Assembly (NCBI GenBank): GCA_035285125.1
Contig: JAYKHR010000048.1
Coordinates: 1-64,000, forward strand
Source: Candidatus Sericytochromatia bacterium
Lineage (GTDB): Bacteria > Cyanobacteriota > Sericytochromatia > S15B-MN24 > JAQBPE01
Reading direction: 5' to 3'
DNA length: 64,000 nucleotides
Made by a program: the position numbers and the translations under genes
In this document: positions 37,348 to 46,303 of the stretch, piece after piece
Layout: each line of letters begins with the position of its first letter
Position numbering within the stretch: the stretch's first letter is position 1
The notes under the pieces: generated by a model
The model's input: the letters and a program-made list of their open reading frames with translations, nothing else
The model's database searches: none
Told to the model about the DNA's origin: nothing

Positions 37348-39471
37348 ATGGCGGCCGGCGCGCCGGGTAACTCGTCCAACCTGCTGTACGATCTCGCGCT
37401 TGCGGCGATCGTCATGTGCGTGCTGGCGATCCTGATCCTACCGGTCCCCCTCTGGTTGCTGGACATCCTCATCATCGCCAACCTGGCGATGGCCCTGATC
37501 ACCGTCGTCGTCTCGTTGTACATCATCCGGCCGCTCGACTTCGCGTCCTTTCCCTCCTTGCTGCTGATCCTCACCCTGCTGCGGCTGAGCATCAACGTGG
37601 CGACTGCCAAGGCCATCTTGCTGTATGCGGAGGCGGGTTATGTCATCCACGCGTTCGCGGAGTACGTGATCCGGGGCAACTACGTGGTCGGCATCCTGAT
37701 CTTCCTGATCCTCATCTTGATGCAATTCATCGTGGTGACGGAGGGCTCCAAGCGCGTGGCCGAGGTGGCCGCGCGCTTCACCCTCGATGCAATGCCTGCT
37801 AAGCAGATGGCCATCGACGGCGAGCTCGCCCAGGGCATGATCGACGTCCACGAGGCCAAGCGGCGCCGGCGGGACGTCGAGCGGGAAGCGAACTTCTTCG
37901 GCTCGATGGACGGCGCCAACAAGTTCGTCAAGGGCGACGCCATCATGGGCATCGTCATCATGGTCGTGAACGTCATCGGCGGCTTCCTCGTCGGCGTCTT
38001 CATGAAAGACATGGAGGTCGCCGACGCGGCCTCCACCTACACCCTGCTGACGGTGGGCGACGGCCTCGTGACGATGATCCCGTCGCTGCTCATCTCGCTG
38101 TCCGCAGGCTTCGTCGCGACGCGCGCCACGTCGGACTTCAACCTCGCGATGGACCTGAAGGCCCAGCTCTTCACGGACGCCAAGACCATGGGCATCGCGT
38201 CGGCCATCCTGATGCTGTTCGGCGTCTTCCTGCCGCCGCACTGGCCCTTCTTTCTGATCTCGGCGGGTGTGGCCGTCGCGGCGTTCGTGGCTTACCGCAC
38301 CAAGCTGCTCGGCCAGGCGGGACCTGGCGAGGGCCTGCCGGGCGAGGCTGGCGACGCCGGCTGGGACGGTGGCGGCGAGCCAGACCCGGACGAGGACCTG
38401 AAAAACCCCGAGACGGTCATGAAGATGATCGGCGTGCCGCCCCTGACGCTCGAGCTGGGGCTGGACCTCGTGCCGCTCGTCGACCCCGCGCTCGGCGGCG
38501 AGCTGATGGACCGCGTGGTGCCCATGCGCGTGAACATCGCCATGGAGCTTGGTTTCATCATGCCGGGCATCCAGTTCAAGGACAACCTGAACCTGCGTCC
38601 CAACACCTACCAGATCATGGTGAAGGGCAACGTGGTGGCGACGGGAGAGCTGCTCATCGGCTACCTGCTGGCGATCCAGAGCAACACCACGGACACCTCC
38701 GAGGAGCTGGTCGGGTTCCCGACGACAGAGCCGGCCTTCGGCAAGCCTGCCGTCTGGGTGGCCGGCTCCGAGGCCCAGCGGGCCAGCCAGCTCGGCTACT
38801 TGGTGCAGGACCCGACCAACGTGCTCATCGCCCACCTCGACGAGGTGGTGCGGGCCCATGCGGCCGAGATCCTCAGCCGGGAGGAGGTCCAGATCATGCT
38901 CAACAAGGTCCGCGACCGGGCACCCACAACCGTCAAGGAGCTCGTGCCCGACAAGCTGGAGCTCGGCGAGGTGCAGCGCGTGTTGCAGTTCCTGCTCAAG
39001 GAGCGCGTGAGCATCCGCGACCTGTCGACCATCCTGGAGAAGCTGAGCGACTTCTCGAAGACCGTGAAGGACCCGCAGATCCTCTCGGAGCTGGTGCGCG
39101 CCACGATGGCGCGTCAGATCTGCGCCTCGCTGGCGGACGACCAGGGCATCATCTTCGCCATCACGCTCGACCAGCGCACGGAGCAGTCGATGAAGGACGC
39201 CATCATGCAGGGGCCGGCAGGCCAGGTGATGGCCCTCAACCCCCAGATCAAGAACCTCATCATCGAGCGCATCAGCCAGGTGTACCAGGAGGCCGCCCAG
39301 CAGGGGCGCACGCCGGCCGTGCTGTGCGAACCGGCCGTTCGCCCCCACCTCAAGCCCCTGATGGAGCGCTACATCCCGACGCTCACCGTGCTCTCTCACA
39401 GCGAGATCCACCCCAAGTTCCGGGTTCAGTCCGTCGGCAACGTCACGCTCAGCGCAGTGGCGGCAAGCTGA
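37348..39471 (+). CDS. flhA: Flagellar export gate protein FlhA
   Basis: FASFPSLLL, RVAEVAARFTLDAMPAKQMAID, FFGSMDGA and LLKERVSIRDL. Confidence 0.97.
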   Translation: MAAGAPGNSSNLLYDLALAAIVMCVLAILILPVPLWLLDILIIANLAMALITVVVSLYIIRPLDFASFPSLLLILTLLRLSINVATAKAILLYAEAGYVIHAFAEYVIRGNYVVGILIFLILILMQFIVVTEGSKRVAEVAARFTLDAMPAKQMAIDGELAQGMIDVHEAKRRRRDVEREANFFGSMDGANKFVKGDAIMGIVIMVVNVIGGFLVGVFMKDMEVADAASTYTLLTVGDGLVTMIPSLLISLSAGFVATRATSDFNLAMDLKAQLFTDAKTMGIASAILMLFGVFLPPHWPFFLISAGVAVAAFVAYRTKLLGQAGPGEGLPGEAGDAGWDGGGEPDPDEDLKNPETVMKMIGVPPLTLELGLDLVPLVDPALGGELMDRVVPMRVNIAMELGFIMPGIQFKDNLNLRPNTYQIMVKGNVVATGELLIGYLLAIQSNTTDTSEELVGFPTTEPAFGKPAVWVAGSEAQRASQLGYLVQDPTNVLIAHLDEVVRAHAAEILSREEVQIMLNKVRDRAPTTVKELVPDKLELGEVQRVLQFLLKERVSIRDLSTILEKLSDFSKTVKDPQILSELVRATMARQICASLADDQGIIFAITLDQRTEQSMKDAIMQGPAGQVMALNPQIKNLIIERISQVYQEAAQQGRTPAVLCEPAVRPHLKPLMERYIPTLTVLSHSEIHPKFRVQSVGNVTLSAVAAS

Positions 39472-39484
39472 GGCCAGGCGGCCC

Positions 39485-39512
39485 TAAAGTTCGACGTCCA
39501 GCGGGACGAAGA
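39485..39512 (+). promoter_or_regulatory. Candidate sigma28-type promoter for the flagellin gene
   Basis: TAAAGTT -35 element, then GACGAAGA 16 nt after TAAA (consensus TAAA-N15/16-GCCGATAA). Confidence 0.55.
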
Positions 39513-39571
39513 CATGAGCATCTCGGCCGGGCAGGCTCACGGAAGAGCACGCGGCCGTCTAGGAGGCGCGC

Positions 39572-40570
39572 ATGCTTTCGCTCTCGACCATCCAACACTC
39601 CACGTTGGCCTCTCGCGTGAGCTTCTACCAGAGAGAAGTGAACTCGGCAAGCGACCGCATCTCCACGGGCAGCAAGCTCAACACCTCGTGGGAGGCACCA
39701 GCCGCCTTCAGCGTGGCCGAGACCTACCGCACGCAGGTCAGCGCGGCCCGGTCCGTGTCGACCTCGCTGCAGGACGCCATCAACATCGTCCGCATCGGCG
39801 AGGATGGCATCCGCAGCATCGTCGAGGTGACGCAGAGCATGCGCGACCTCGTGATGCAGGCCGCCAACGGCACCAACACGCAGGACAACCTAGACTTCTA
39901 TCAGACGTCGCTCGACACCCTGCGCGGCCTGGTCATCCAGTCGTACAACACCGCGAAGGACTTTCGCGTCAGCTTCGAGGGCAACAACGAGTACGACCGC
40001 AAGCTGACGTTCATGGTCGGCACCCGCCCCACCGACACGATGGAGGTCGACTACAACCCCCTCCGCACGGGCCTGAGGGACTTCGTCATGGGCCTGTACG
40101 GCTACCGGGAGATCTTCGAGAACCCTGAACTGGAGCTGTTCCTCGGCGCGTTCGGGATCTACCCCGCGCCTCAGCCGGACGACCCGGTGCCGCCCCCGCT
40201 GCTCGGGCCCGGGGAGCCGCCTGGCACCACCTGGGAGCAGAAGTACCCCAAGAAGATTGTCATCAACGACCCGACGAAGTTGACGGGCATCCAGGATGCG
40301 TTCACGCTCGTCGACTCCGCCAAGGAGATCATGCTCAAGCAGGAAACTTACCTGGGCACCATCAGCCAGCGCCTGGAACTGCACCTGTCGGTCGTGCAAA
40401 AGTTCGAGGCATCCATCTCCCAGGCGGAGTCCACCCTGCGGGACGCGGACCTTGCCGCCGAGTCGACCAAGCTGACCAAGTCCCAGGTGTTGCAGCAGGC
40501 CTCGCAGGCCATGCTCATCCAGGCGAACAACCGCCTCGCTCAGGTGCTGGAGCTGATCCGCGGCAACTAA
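39572..40570 (+). CDS. fliC: Flagellin (divergent)
   Basis: N-terminal RISTGSKLN...LQDAINIVRIGEDG...MRDLVMQAANGT. C-terminal AESTLRDADLAAESTKLTKSQVLQQASQAMLIQAN. Confidence 0.88.
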   Translation: MLSLSTIQHSTLASRVSFYQREVNSASDRISTGSKLNTSWEAPAAFSVAETYRTQVSAARSVSTSLQDAINIVRIGEDGIRSIVEVTQSMRDLVMQAANGTNTQDNLDFYQTSLDTLRGLVIQSYNTAKDFRVSFEGNNEYDRKLTFMVGTRPTDTMEVDYNPLRTGLRDFVMGLYGYREIFENPELELFLGAFGIYPAPQPDDPVPPPLLGPGEPPGTTWEQKYPKKIVINDPTKLTGIQDAFTLVDSAKEIMLKQETYLGTISQRLELHLSVVQKFEASISQAESTLRDADLAAESTKLTKSQVLQQASQAMLIQANNRLAQVLELIRGN

Positions 40571-41748
40571 GGCCCGGGAGGCACCGGGGCGGTCGTGGCG
40601 GGCGCCCCCGGCTCCCGTGGCGGCACCAGAGCCATGGGCAGCCACTGCGTGAGGAACTGGTGGTACTCCGCGAAGTGGGCCCAGTCCACGGGGCGCGCCT
40701 GGCCTCGCCAGACGAAGAGCCCCGCGCGATCGCCCGCCCGGTCCTGCAAGACCTTCAGCACGTCCTGCTGGTAGGCCTCGCTACCTACCAGCATCAGCGG
40801 CACCGGCGCCACGCGTGCCACGAGCTCGGCCAGAGGCCGCTCTGGCCGACCCGCCGCCAGGCGAAGGCCACCGGCGACCCGCCAGTGCAGGCGCCCAAAC
40901 AGGCCCAAAGGGCTCCACGAGGCCCCCAGGCCCCCCCCCCACGTGAGGGTCGGACCGACGAGCGCCAGCGCCTCGAACCGCCGCTCGGTAGCTGCCAGCG
41001 TGGCCCCGAGGCAGGCGTCCTGCTCCGCCACGACGGCGATCCGCTGGTATCCTCGGCTGCGCAGGAACGCCACGGCGGCGAGGACATCCTGGCGGTCTGC
41101 GCCGTCAGGGGTTTTGAAACCACCGCTGTCCCCCTGGCCCCTTGGGTCGAGGACCAGCACCCCGAAGTCGTTGGCCAGCCACGTCGCGAGCGTGACGGTC
41201 GCAAAGGAGGCCCGGTTGGCGCGCCACCCGGGCACGATCACCACGGCGTATGGCGTCCGGTTGTCCAGGTGGGTTGCGCGGAGGCGCACGCCATCCGCGG
41301 CCTGGAACGCCACCTCGGTGGCGGAGGGGCCATACGAGACGGGGTGGGCAGGCAGGGCGTAGTGAGCGTTGCCCTGGAGCCCGCGGGTCCAGGTGATCTT
41401 GGCCAGCAGACAGCCCGCGGCGGACAGCCCGATCGCGGCGGCCGCCACCCCCACAAGCACAGCCGCCCGGTCCAGGAGTCCGCGCCGGCCGAGGGCCCAC
41501 CCGAGCCACCCCGTCAGGGTGACGATCAGCACGCCACAGGCGTAGCTCGCATCCGGCCAGGCTTCGAAGGCCGAGGTGGCGAACTGGAGCAGGGTGACCA
41601 GCAAGAAGGTGGGGAGCAACACCGTGAGGGCCGTGCCGGCCTCCCGCCCGAGCAAGCGCGAAGCCGGCGCCACCCAGGTGTTGGGCAGGGCCAACCGCCC
41701 TGGCTGCTCGGGCGCGTCCTCATCCCAAAGCTCACCCGCCACGCTCAC
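40567..41748 (-). CDS. Membrane-anchored alpha/beta-hydrolase-fold protein, nucleophile motif absent
   Basis: Three TM segments; VAFQAADGVRL, LDPRGQGDSGG and DVLAAVAFLR. VVAEQDA occupies the place of GxSxG. Confidence 0.75.
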   Translation of the reverse strand: MSVAGELWDEDAPEQPGRLALPNTWVAPASRLLGREAGTALTVLLPTFLLVTLLQFATSAFEAWPDASYACGVLIVTLTGWLGWALGRRGLLDRAAVLVGVAAAAIGLSAAGCLLAKITWTRGLQGNAHYALPAHPVSYGPSATEVAFQAADGVRLRATHLDNRTPYAVVIVPGWRANRASFATVTLATWLANDFGVLVLDPRGQGDSGGFKTPDGADRQDVLAAVAFLRSRGYQRIAVVAEQDACLGATLAATERRFEALALVGPTLTWGGGLGASWSPLGLFGRLHWRVAGGLRLAAGRPERPLAELVARVAPVPLMLVGSEAYQQDVLKVLQDRAGDRAGLFVWRGQARPVDWAHFAEYHQFLTQWLPMALVPPREPGAPATTAPVPPGP

Positions 41749-44057
41749 GGCCCTTCACGCTCCCAGACAAACACGAGGACGTCGTCAGCCGCGAGGTGTC
41801 CCTCGAGCCGAGCCCCGATCGCCTCACCACGGGTCTCACCCTCGGCCCAGGCGTCGCTGAAGCGCCACCCTTCCACAGGCACATGGAGGGTCAAGGAGAA
41901 GTCTCGCGCGGACCCGCGGTTGAACACGAAGGCGAAGCGGTGGCGCTCGCCCTCGCGCACCACCACCTCGAGGTTGGCGACCGGCGTGTGCGCCGACGCC
42001 ACCCCGACCCGCTCCAGCAAGGTGCCGAGGAACCCCGTGACGGAGGCCTTCCGCCCCGGGTCATCCAGGTAATACCCCGGAGAGTCGAAGGCGGCTCCGA
42101 GCAAGGTGCCGATGAAGATGCTTCGGCCATGGCCGTACCCGACCTCGTAGCCAGCCGACCGCCGGCCCTGCCGCAACAGGGAGCGGGTGCCGAAGCGCGG
42201 CCCGGCTTCGCACCAGGTCACCAGGCGCGAGGCCCACAGAGCCCCGAGCCCCCCCGTGCCCTCCAGCATCCGCCCAGCGCGGGTGGCATAGCGGTTCAGG
42301 AGCATGGCCGGCTGCATCCCCAGCACCGTGAAGGCACAGAACCGGTGACCGATCCCCCCCGTCCTGGTCCGCCAGTGAACGCGCACCAGGTCCCAAGCCG
42401 TCCGCCACATGACCCACCACGAGGAGGGGTTCGAGACCCCCCGGACCCGCCCGGGCAGCAGGGTGCCGCCCTCGGAGAAGGGGGTCCCGAGGGTGATGAG
42501 GGTGCCCCCGCTCGCGACGTACTGCTCCAGCTTGCGCTGGAGTCCCGGCTCCAGCCAGCCGATGGAGTTGAAAAACACCGCCTTGTACCGGGCCAGCGCC
42601 TGGGGCGTGACCTTCTCGAGGTTCTGAACCTCCGGCGCAAAGCCAGCCTCGGCCAACGCCCCGAACAACCCGGCGTTCACCGACACCAGCGTGACGGCCT
42701 CGTCGATGGGGCGCTGCGAGCCACGGGCCACGGCCCCCCCGGGGTTCACGGCGGCCGCCAGCATATCGGGCGTGACCGCGGGGCTGTGCAGGATGGCCAG
42801 GTCCGACGGCGGGTCCTGGGTCGCCGCCAGGGCCTGGCCCCAGCGCCGCACGAACCCCGCGAGCCGACGCAGGGTGGCGAGCCGCTCCAGAGGCTGCCCC
42901 CGCTGATCGAGGAATGAACGGAAGACGTAGTCGCCGTCGGAGTCCCTCCCATCCATCAGGATGTAAAAGAAGGAGGCCTGGGTGCCGTGCGCGAAGGCCG
43001 CCATCGTGCTCTGGAAGGTGGCCGCGGGCTTGACCTCACACGCCGGATCGAGCCATCCCGCGCCCATCTCCGCGCACATCAACGGCCCGTCTTCGAGGAA
43101 GGCGTCGAAGAGCTTGGGCACATACGAGATGCTGTAAGGCTGGTCGAAGGTGACGGGCAGGTGGGAGTAACGCGGGTAGATGTCGTAGGCCAGCGGCGCC
43201 ACCTGGTTCTTCTTGCCCAGGTGGGACGGCCACGAGTCCAGCCAGATGTCGTTCAGGAACAGGGGCAACCCGAGGTCGATCGCCTCCCACATCCCCCGCA
43301 GTGCCTGCAGGTAGCGCACCACGTAGTCTTCGACCCAGCGGGCCATGGCATCGGCCTGCTGCTCGTTGAACAGGCGTTCATCGGGCGGTTCGACCACGTC
43401 GAAGGAGGCGAAGTCCGTGCCCCACTCGGCGTTGAGGGCCTCGATCGTGCCATGGTGTTCGGCCAAAACGGTCCTGAGCAAGACGAGGGTCTCGGGGTTG
43501 CGGTCCGTGAGGTGCGGTCCCTGGCCGAACTGCGGGTAGCCCGTCTCGTTGTCGATCTGCAACGCGAACACCACGCCACGTTGGGCAAAGGGCCGCACAA
43601 CGCGCGCGACGGCGTCGAACCAGCCGCGCACGAGGGCCAGGTAGCCCGGGTGGTTCAGCGCCGGCTGCGGGTAGGCCTGCGGGCGCCGGACGACCATGAG
43701 GATCTCGGGGTGCTCGGTCTGGAGCCACAGCGGGATGCCGAAGCCCTGGTACTCCGCAAAGATGAACGGGCCGGGCTTGACCACCAGCGGCAGCCCCAGC
43801 TCCTCGCAGAGAGCCATGAAGCCCACCAGGTCGCGTTCGGGGGCGGTGGTGCCGGAGAAGTCGAGGACACCGGGCTCGGGCTCATGCCACACCCAAGGTA
43901 CGTAGGCCGAGACGACGCCCAGCCCTGCGTCCTTGAGGGTCTCCAGGCTGGGCCGCCAAAGTTGCCGGGGGATGCGGAAGTACTGGAACTCCCCCCCAAG
44001 CAGCAGGTCCGGTCTCCCGTGAACGTGGATCCGTCGTTCCCGGAAGGCGATGGTCAC
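41745..44057 (-). CDS. GH35/GH42-type beta-galactosidase-family glycoside hydrolase
   Basis: GGEFQYFRIP, YVPWVWHEP, KPGPFIFAE, QIDNE (acid/base) and AEMGAGW (nucleophile). Confidence 0.88.
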   Translation of the reverse strand: MTIAFRERRIHVHGRPDLLLGGEFQYFRIPRQLWRPSLETLKDAGLGVVSAYVPWVWHEPEPGVLDFSGTTAPERDLVGFMALCEELGLPLVVKPGPFIFAEYQGFGIPLWLQTEHPEILMVVRRPQAYPQPALNHPGYLALVRGWFDAVARVVRPFAQRGVVFALQIDNETGYPQFGQGPHLTDRNPETLVLLRTVLAEHHGTIEALNAEWGTDFASFDVVEPPDERLFNEQQADAMARWVEDYVVRYLQALRGMWEAIDLGLPLFLNDIWLDSWPSHLGKKNQVAPLAYDIYPRYSHLPVTFDQPYSISYVPKLFDAFLEDGPLMCAEMGAGWLDPACEVKPAATFQSTMAAFAHGTQASFFYILMDGRDSDGDYVFRSFLDQRGQPLERLATLRRLAGFVRRWGQALAATQDPPSDLAILHSPAVTPDMLAAAVNPGGAVARGSQRPIDEAVTLVSVNAGLFGALAEAGFAPEVQNLEKVTPQALARYKAVFFNSIGWLEPGLQRKLEQYVASGGTLITLGTPFSEGGTLLPGRVRGVSNPSSWWVMWRTAWDLVRVHWRTRTGGIGHRFCAFTVLGMQPAMLLNRYATRAGRMLEGTGGLGALWASRLVTWCEAGPRFGTRSLLRQGRRSAGYEVGYGHGRSIFIGTLLGAAFDSPGYYLDDPGRKASVTGFLGTLLERVGVASAHTPVANLEVVVREGERHRFAFVFNRGSARDFSLTLHVPVEGWRFSDAWAEGETRGEAIGARLEGHLAADDVLVFVWEREGP

Positions 44058-44144
44058 AGGCGCTCCTTCGACAGGCTGAGTTCCACGTCGCAGCCCACCG
44101 CGCCGCGCGGCAGACCCCGCCAGTATAGCGGTTGCGTCTGGACC

Positions 44145-45104
44145 TCACCAGACGAGCAGCGCCTCCAGCAGCCTGCTGTTGCCGCCGAGCACGAGATTGG
44201 CCTGGCCGCTGCCCGTAGAATCCTCGTCCCGCCACAATGAGCTGTCGCCCAGGACGATGATCTTGCCCAGCCCCAGGGGCCCCGCGGCAGCCACCACCCG
44301 GCTGCCCACCTCTGCCAGCACCACGTAGCCACGGGGGGCGACGAGCAGGGGCCGTGCCTCCCCCCCAACGCTCAGCGCGGTCACGCCGATCAGCGTCACG
44401 GGCCTCCCTCCCAGGGCTGACGCAAGCCCCTGATAGGCGGGCCGCAAGACCTGCACGACGAAGTCGTCCTCGGCCGCTGTCCGCACGGTGCCACCGCCGA
44501 AATCGACGCCCGCCGGCCCGGCCAGCGCCCGCATCGTCTCCACGTCCTGGCCCGCGTAGCCCCCCCACTCGCCACACAGGATCAGGCGGCCTCCGCCGCG
44601 AACCCACCGCAACACGGCGCCAACCTCCGAGCCGGACCAGCCGCGTGGCGTGACGAGCAGGAGGACGTCCAGCGCCCCAGGGTGGCCGCCGGGCCAATCG
44701 GCCAGGCGGGTGGTGCGGGCCAGCAGCTCGCGGAGGCCACGGAAGGCCGCCTGGTCACCGCGGGGGTCCACGCCGACGCGCACGGGGTGCTCGCGGGCCG
44801 CCAGCGTACGCACCGGCTGCTCGCCCGGAACTGGTTTCCAGCTGACGCGCGGACAGCGGGGCTTGCTGACGGCCAGCATGTCCCGTCTCACCCCGAGCCT
44901 GTAGCGCCCCTGGTCGTCGCTGAGGGTGGCCGCCGCACCATCGGTGACCACGGCCCCGGCGACGGGCTGCCCGGCCCCGTCGACGAGGCTCCCGGTGACG
45001 AGGAAGCGCGGCGTGTCGGCCTCCCACCACCCACAGCCTGCCAACCACAGCGCCAGGCCGCAAGGCAGCAGGGCCCGCCACAGCGCCTCAGCGAAGGTCG
45101 TCAC
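44145..45104 (-). CDS. Lipoprotein with carboxypeptidase-regulatory-like and DUF4350/GATase-like domains
   Basis: Lipobox LAGC; VTGSLVDGAGQPVAGAVV; WVRGGGRLILCGE; GKIIVLGDSSLW. Start reassigned to GTG 45104. Confidence 0.72.
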   Translation of the reverse strand: MTTFAEALWRALLPCGLALWLAGCGWWEADTPRFLVTGSLVDGAGQPVAGAVVTDGAAATLSDDQGRYRLGVRRDMLAVSKPRCPRVSWKPVPGEQPVRTLAAREHPVRVGVDPRGDQAAFRGLRELLARTTRLADWPGGHPGALDVLLLVTPRGWSGSEVGAVLRWVRGGGRLILCGEWGGYAGQDVETMRALAGPAGVDFGGGTVRTAAEDDFVVQVLRPAYQGLASALGGRPVTLIGVTALSVGGEARPLLVAPRGYVVLAEVGSRVVAAAGPLGLGKIIVLGDSSLWRDEDSTGSGQANLVLGGNSRLLEALLVW

Positions 45105-46152
45105 GGCTCGCCACCCGCAACGCCCGGGCAAGGTTGAGCCGCCCGAAGCCGTGCTGAAGGTCTGGGCCCGGCGGGCCGGCGTCATCCGCCGCCGCCAGGA
45201 GACACGCCCGCACCTGCCCGGCATTGAAGGCGGGGAACTGCCCCCACAGCAGCGCCGCGGCCGCACTCACGTGCGGCGCGGACATCGACGTCCCCACGAG
45301 CCCCGCCGAGAGCGAGCCCAGCGCGCCTCCGGCCTCCCGCTCCGAGGCCGTCAGGAAGGTTGGCCAGCTGGAAACCACGGGGCTAGTGTCGCTGCCCCCC
45401 GGGGCCATCATATCGAGAGCAGCCCCGAAGCAGGAGTAAGATGCCCGCTGCCCGGCCTCGTCCGTGGCCCCCACGGCGAGCACCTCCGGGAGGCTGGCAG
45501 GGAAGGCGACCTCCCCACCCTCGTTGCCGGCAGCGGCGACCACGAGCACGCCTGCCGCCTGGGCGTCCTGGATCGCCCGGGCCAGCCGCGCCGAATAGCC
45601 GGGGCTGGCCACGCTCAGGTTGAACACCCGTGCCCGCAGGCCCGGGCGCTCCGGGTCACGCCAGGCCAGGGCCCGCCTGACGCCGTCGGCCAGCCACCGA
45701 TCGTTGCCGTTGCCATCGTGGGGAATGACCTTCACGGGCAGCAGCCGGACCGGGGCGTCCCCCGCCACGGCCCGGACGATGCCGGCGACGTGGGTGCCGT
45801 GACCGTTGCCATCGAGCCCCGTGTAGTCCACACGGGTGCCCCCCGCCGTGTGGTGGTCGCGACCGACCACGTCGAGCACCGGATAGACCCGCCCGGCAAG
45901 GCTCGGGTGGTCGGCATCGACGCCCGTGTCAAAGACGGCCACAACCACGGGCTCACCACCAGGGGCCCCCGCGGCGCGGGCCTGCGTCAGGTGCCAACCC
46001 GGGGCCGCCGGCGCGGATGCCGCATGCGCCTGCAAGGGCATCGCGAGCAGCGTCTCTCCCCCGGCGAGGGGCGCCGCCCCCGCCGGCCGAGGGCCACCGC
46101 CGCACCCGAACTGGCCGAAGGCCAGCCCCAACCCCACCACCTGACGCCACAT
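45088..46152 (-). CDS. Subtilisin-like S8 serine protease (possible lipoprotein)
   Basis: Catalytic triad FDTG / GHGTHVAG / GTSMSAPHV and oxyanion AAGN. Start probably ATG 46152. Confidence 0.9.
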   Translation of the reverse strand: MWRQVVGLGLAFGQFGCGGGPRPAGAAPLAGGETLLAMPLQAHAASAPAAPGWHLTQARAAGAPGGEPVVVAVFDTGVDADHPSLAGRVYPVLDVVGRDHHTAGGTRVDYTGLDGNGHGTHVAGIVRAVAGDAPVRLLPVKVIPHDGNGNDRWLADGVRRALAWRDPERPGLRARVFNLSVASPGYSARLARAIQDAQAAGVLVVAAAGNEGGEVAFPASLPEVLAVGATDEAGQRASYSCFGAALDMMAPGGSDTSPVVSSWPTFLTASEREAGGALGSLSAGLVGTSMSAPHVSAAAALLWGQFPAFNAGQVRACLLAAADDAGPPGPDLQHGFGRLNLARALRVASRDDLR

Positions 46153-46303
46153 CCCTGGCCTCCTGCCCCGAGTGGGGCGAGGCCCATGAAGGCATCCACG
46201 CGGCGCCGGCGCGACGACGAAGGCGCCAGAACCCTTCGTGCGTGGCAAAAAGGAGAGCCCCCGCGTCGCCGAAGCGTCGCGGGGGCAGGGCGAGGCGCCA
46301 GCC

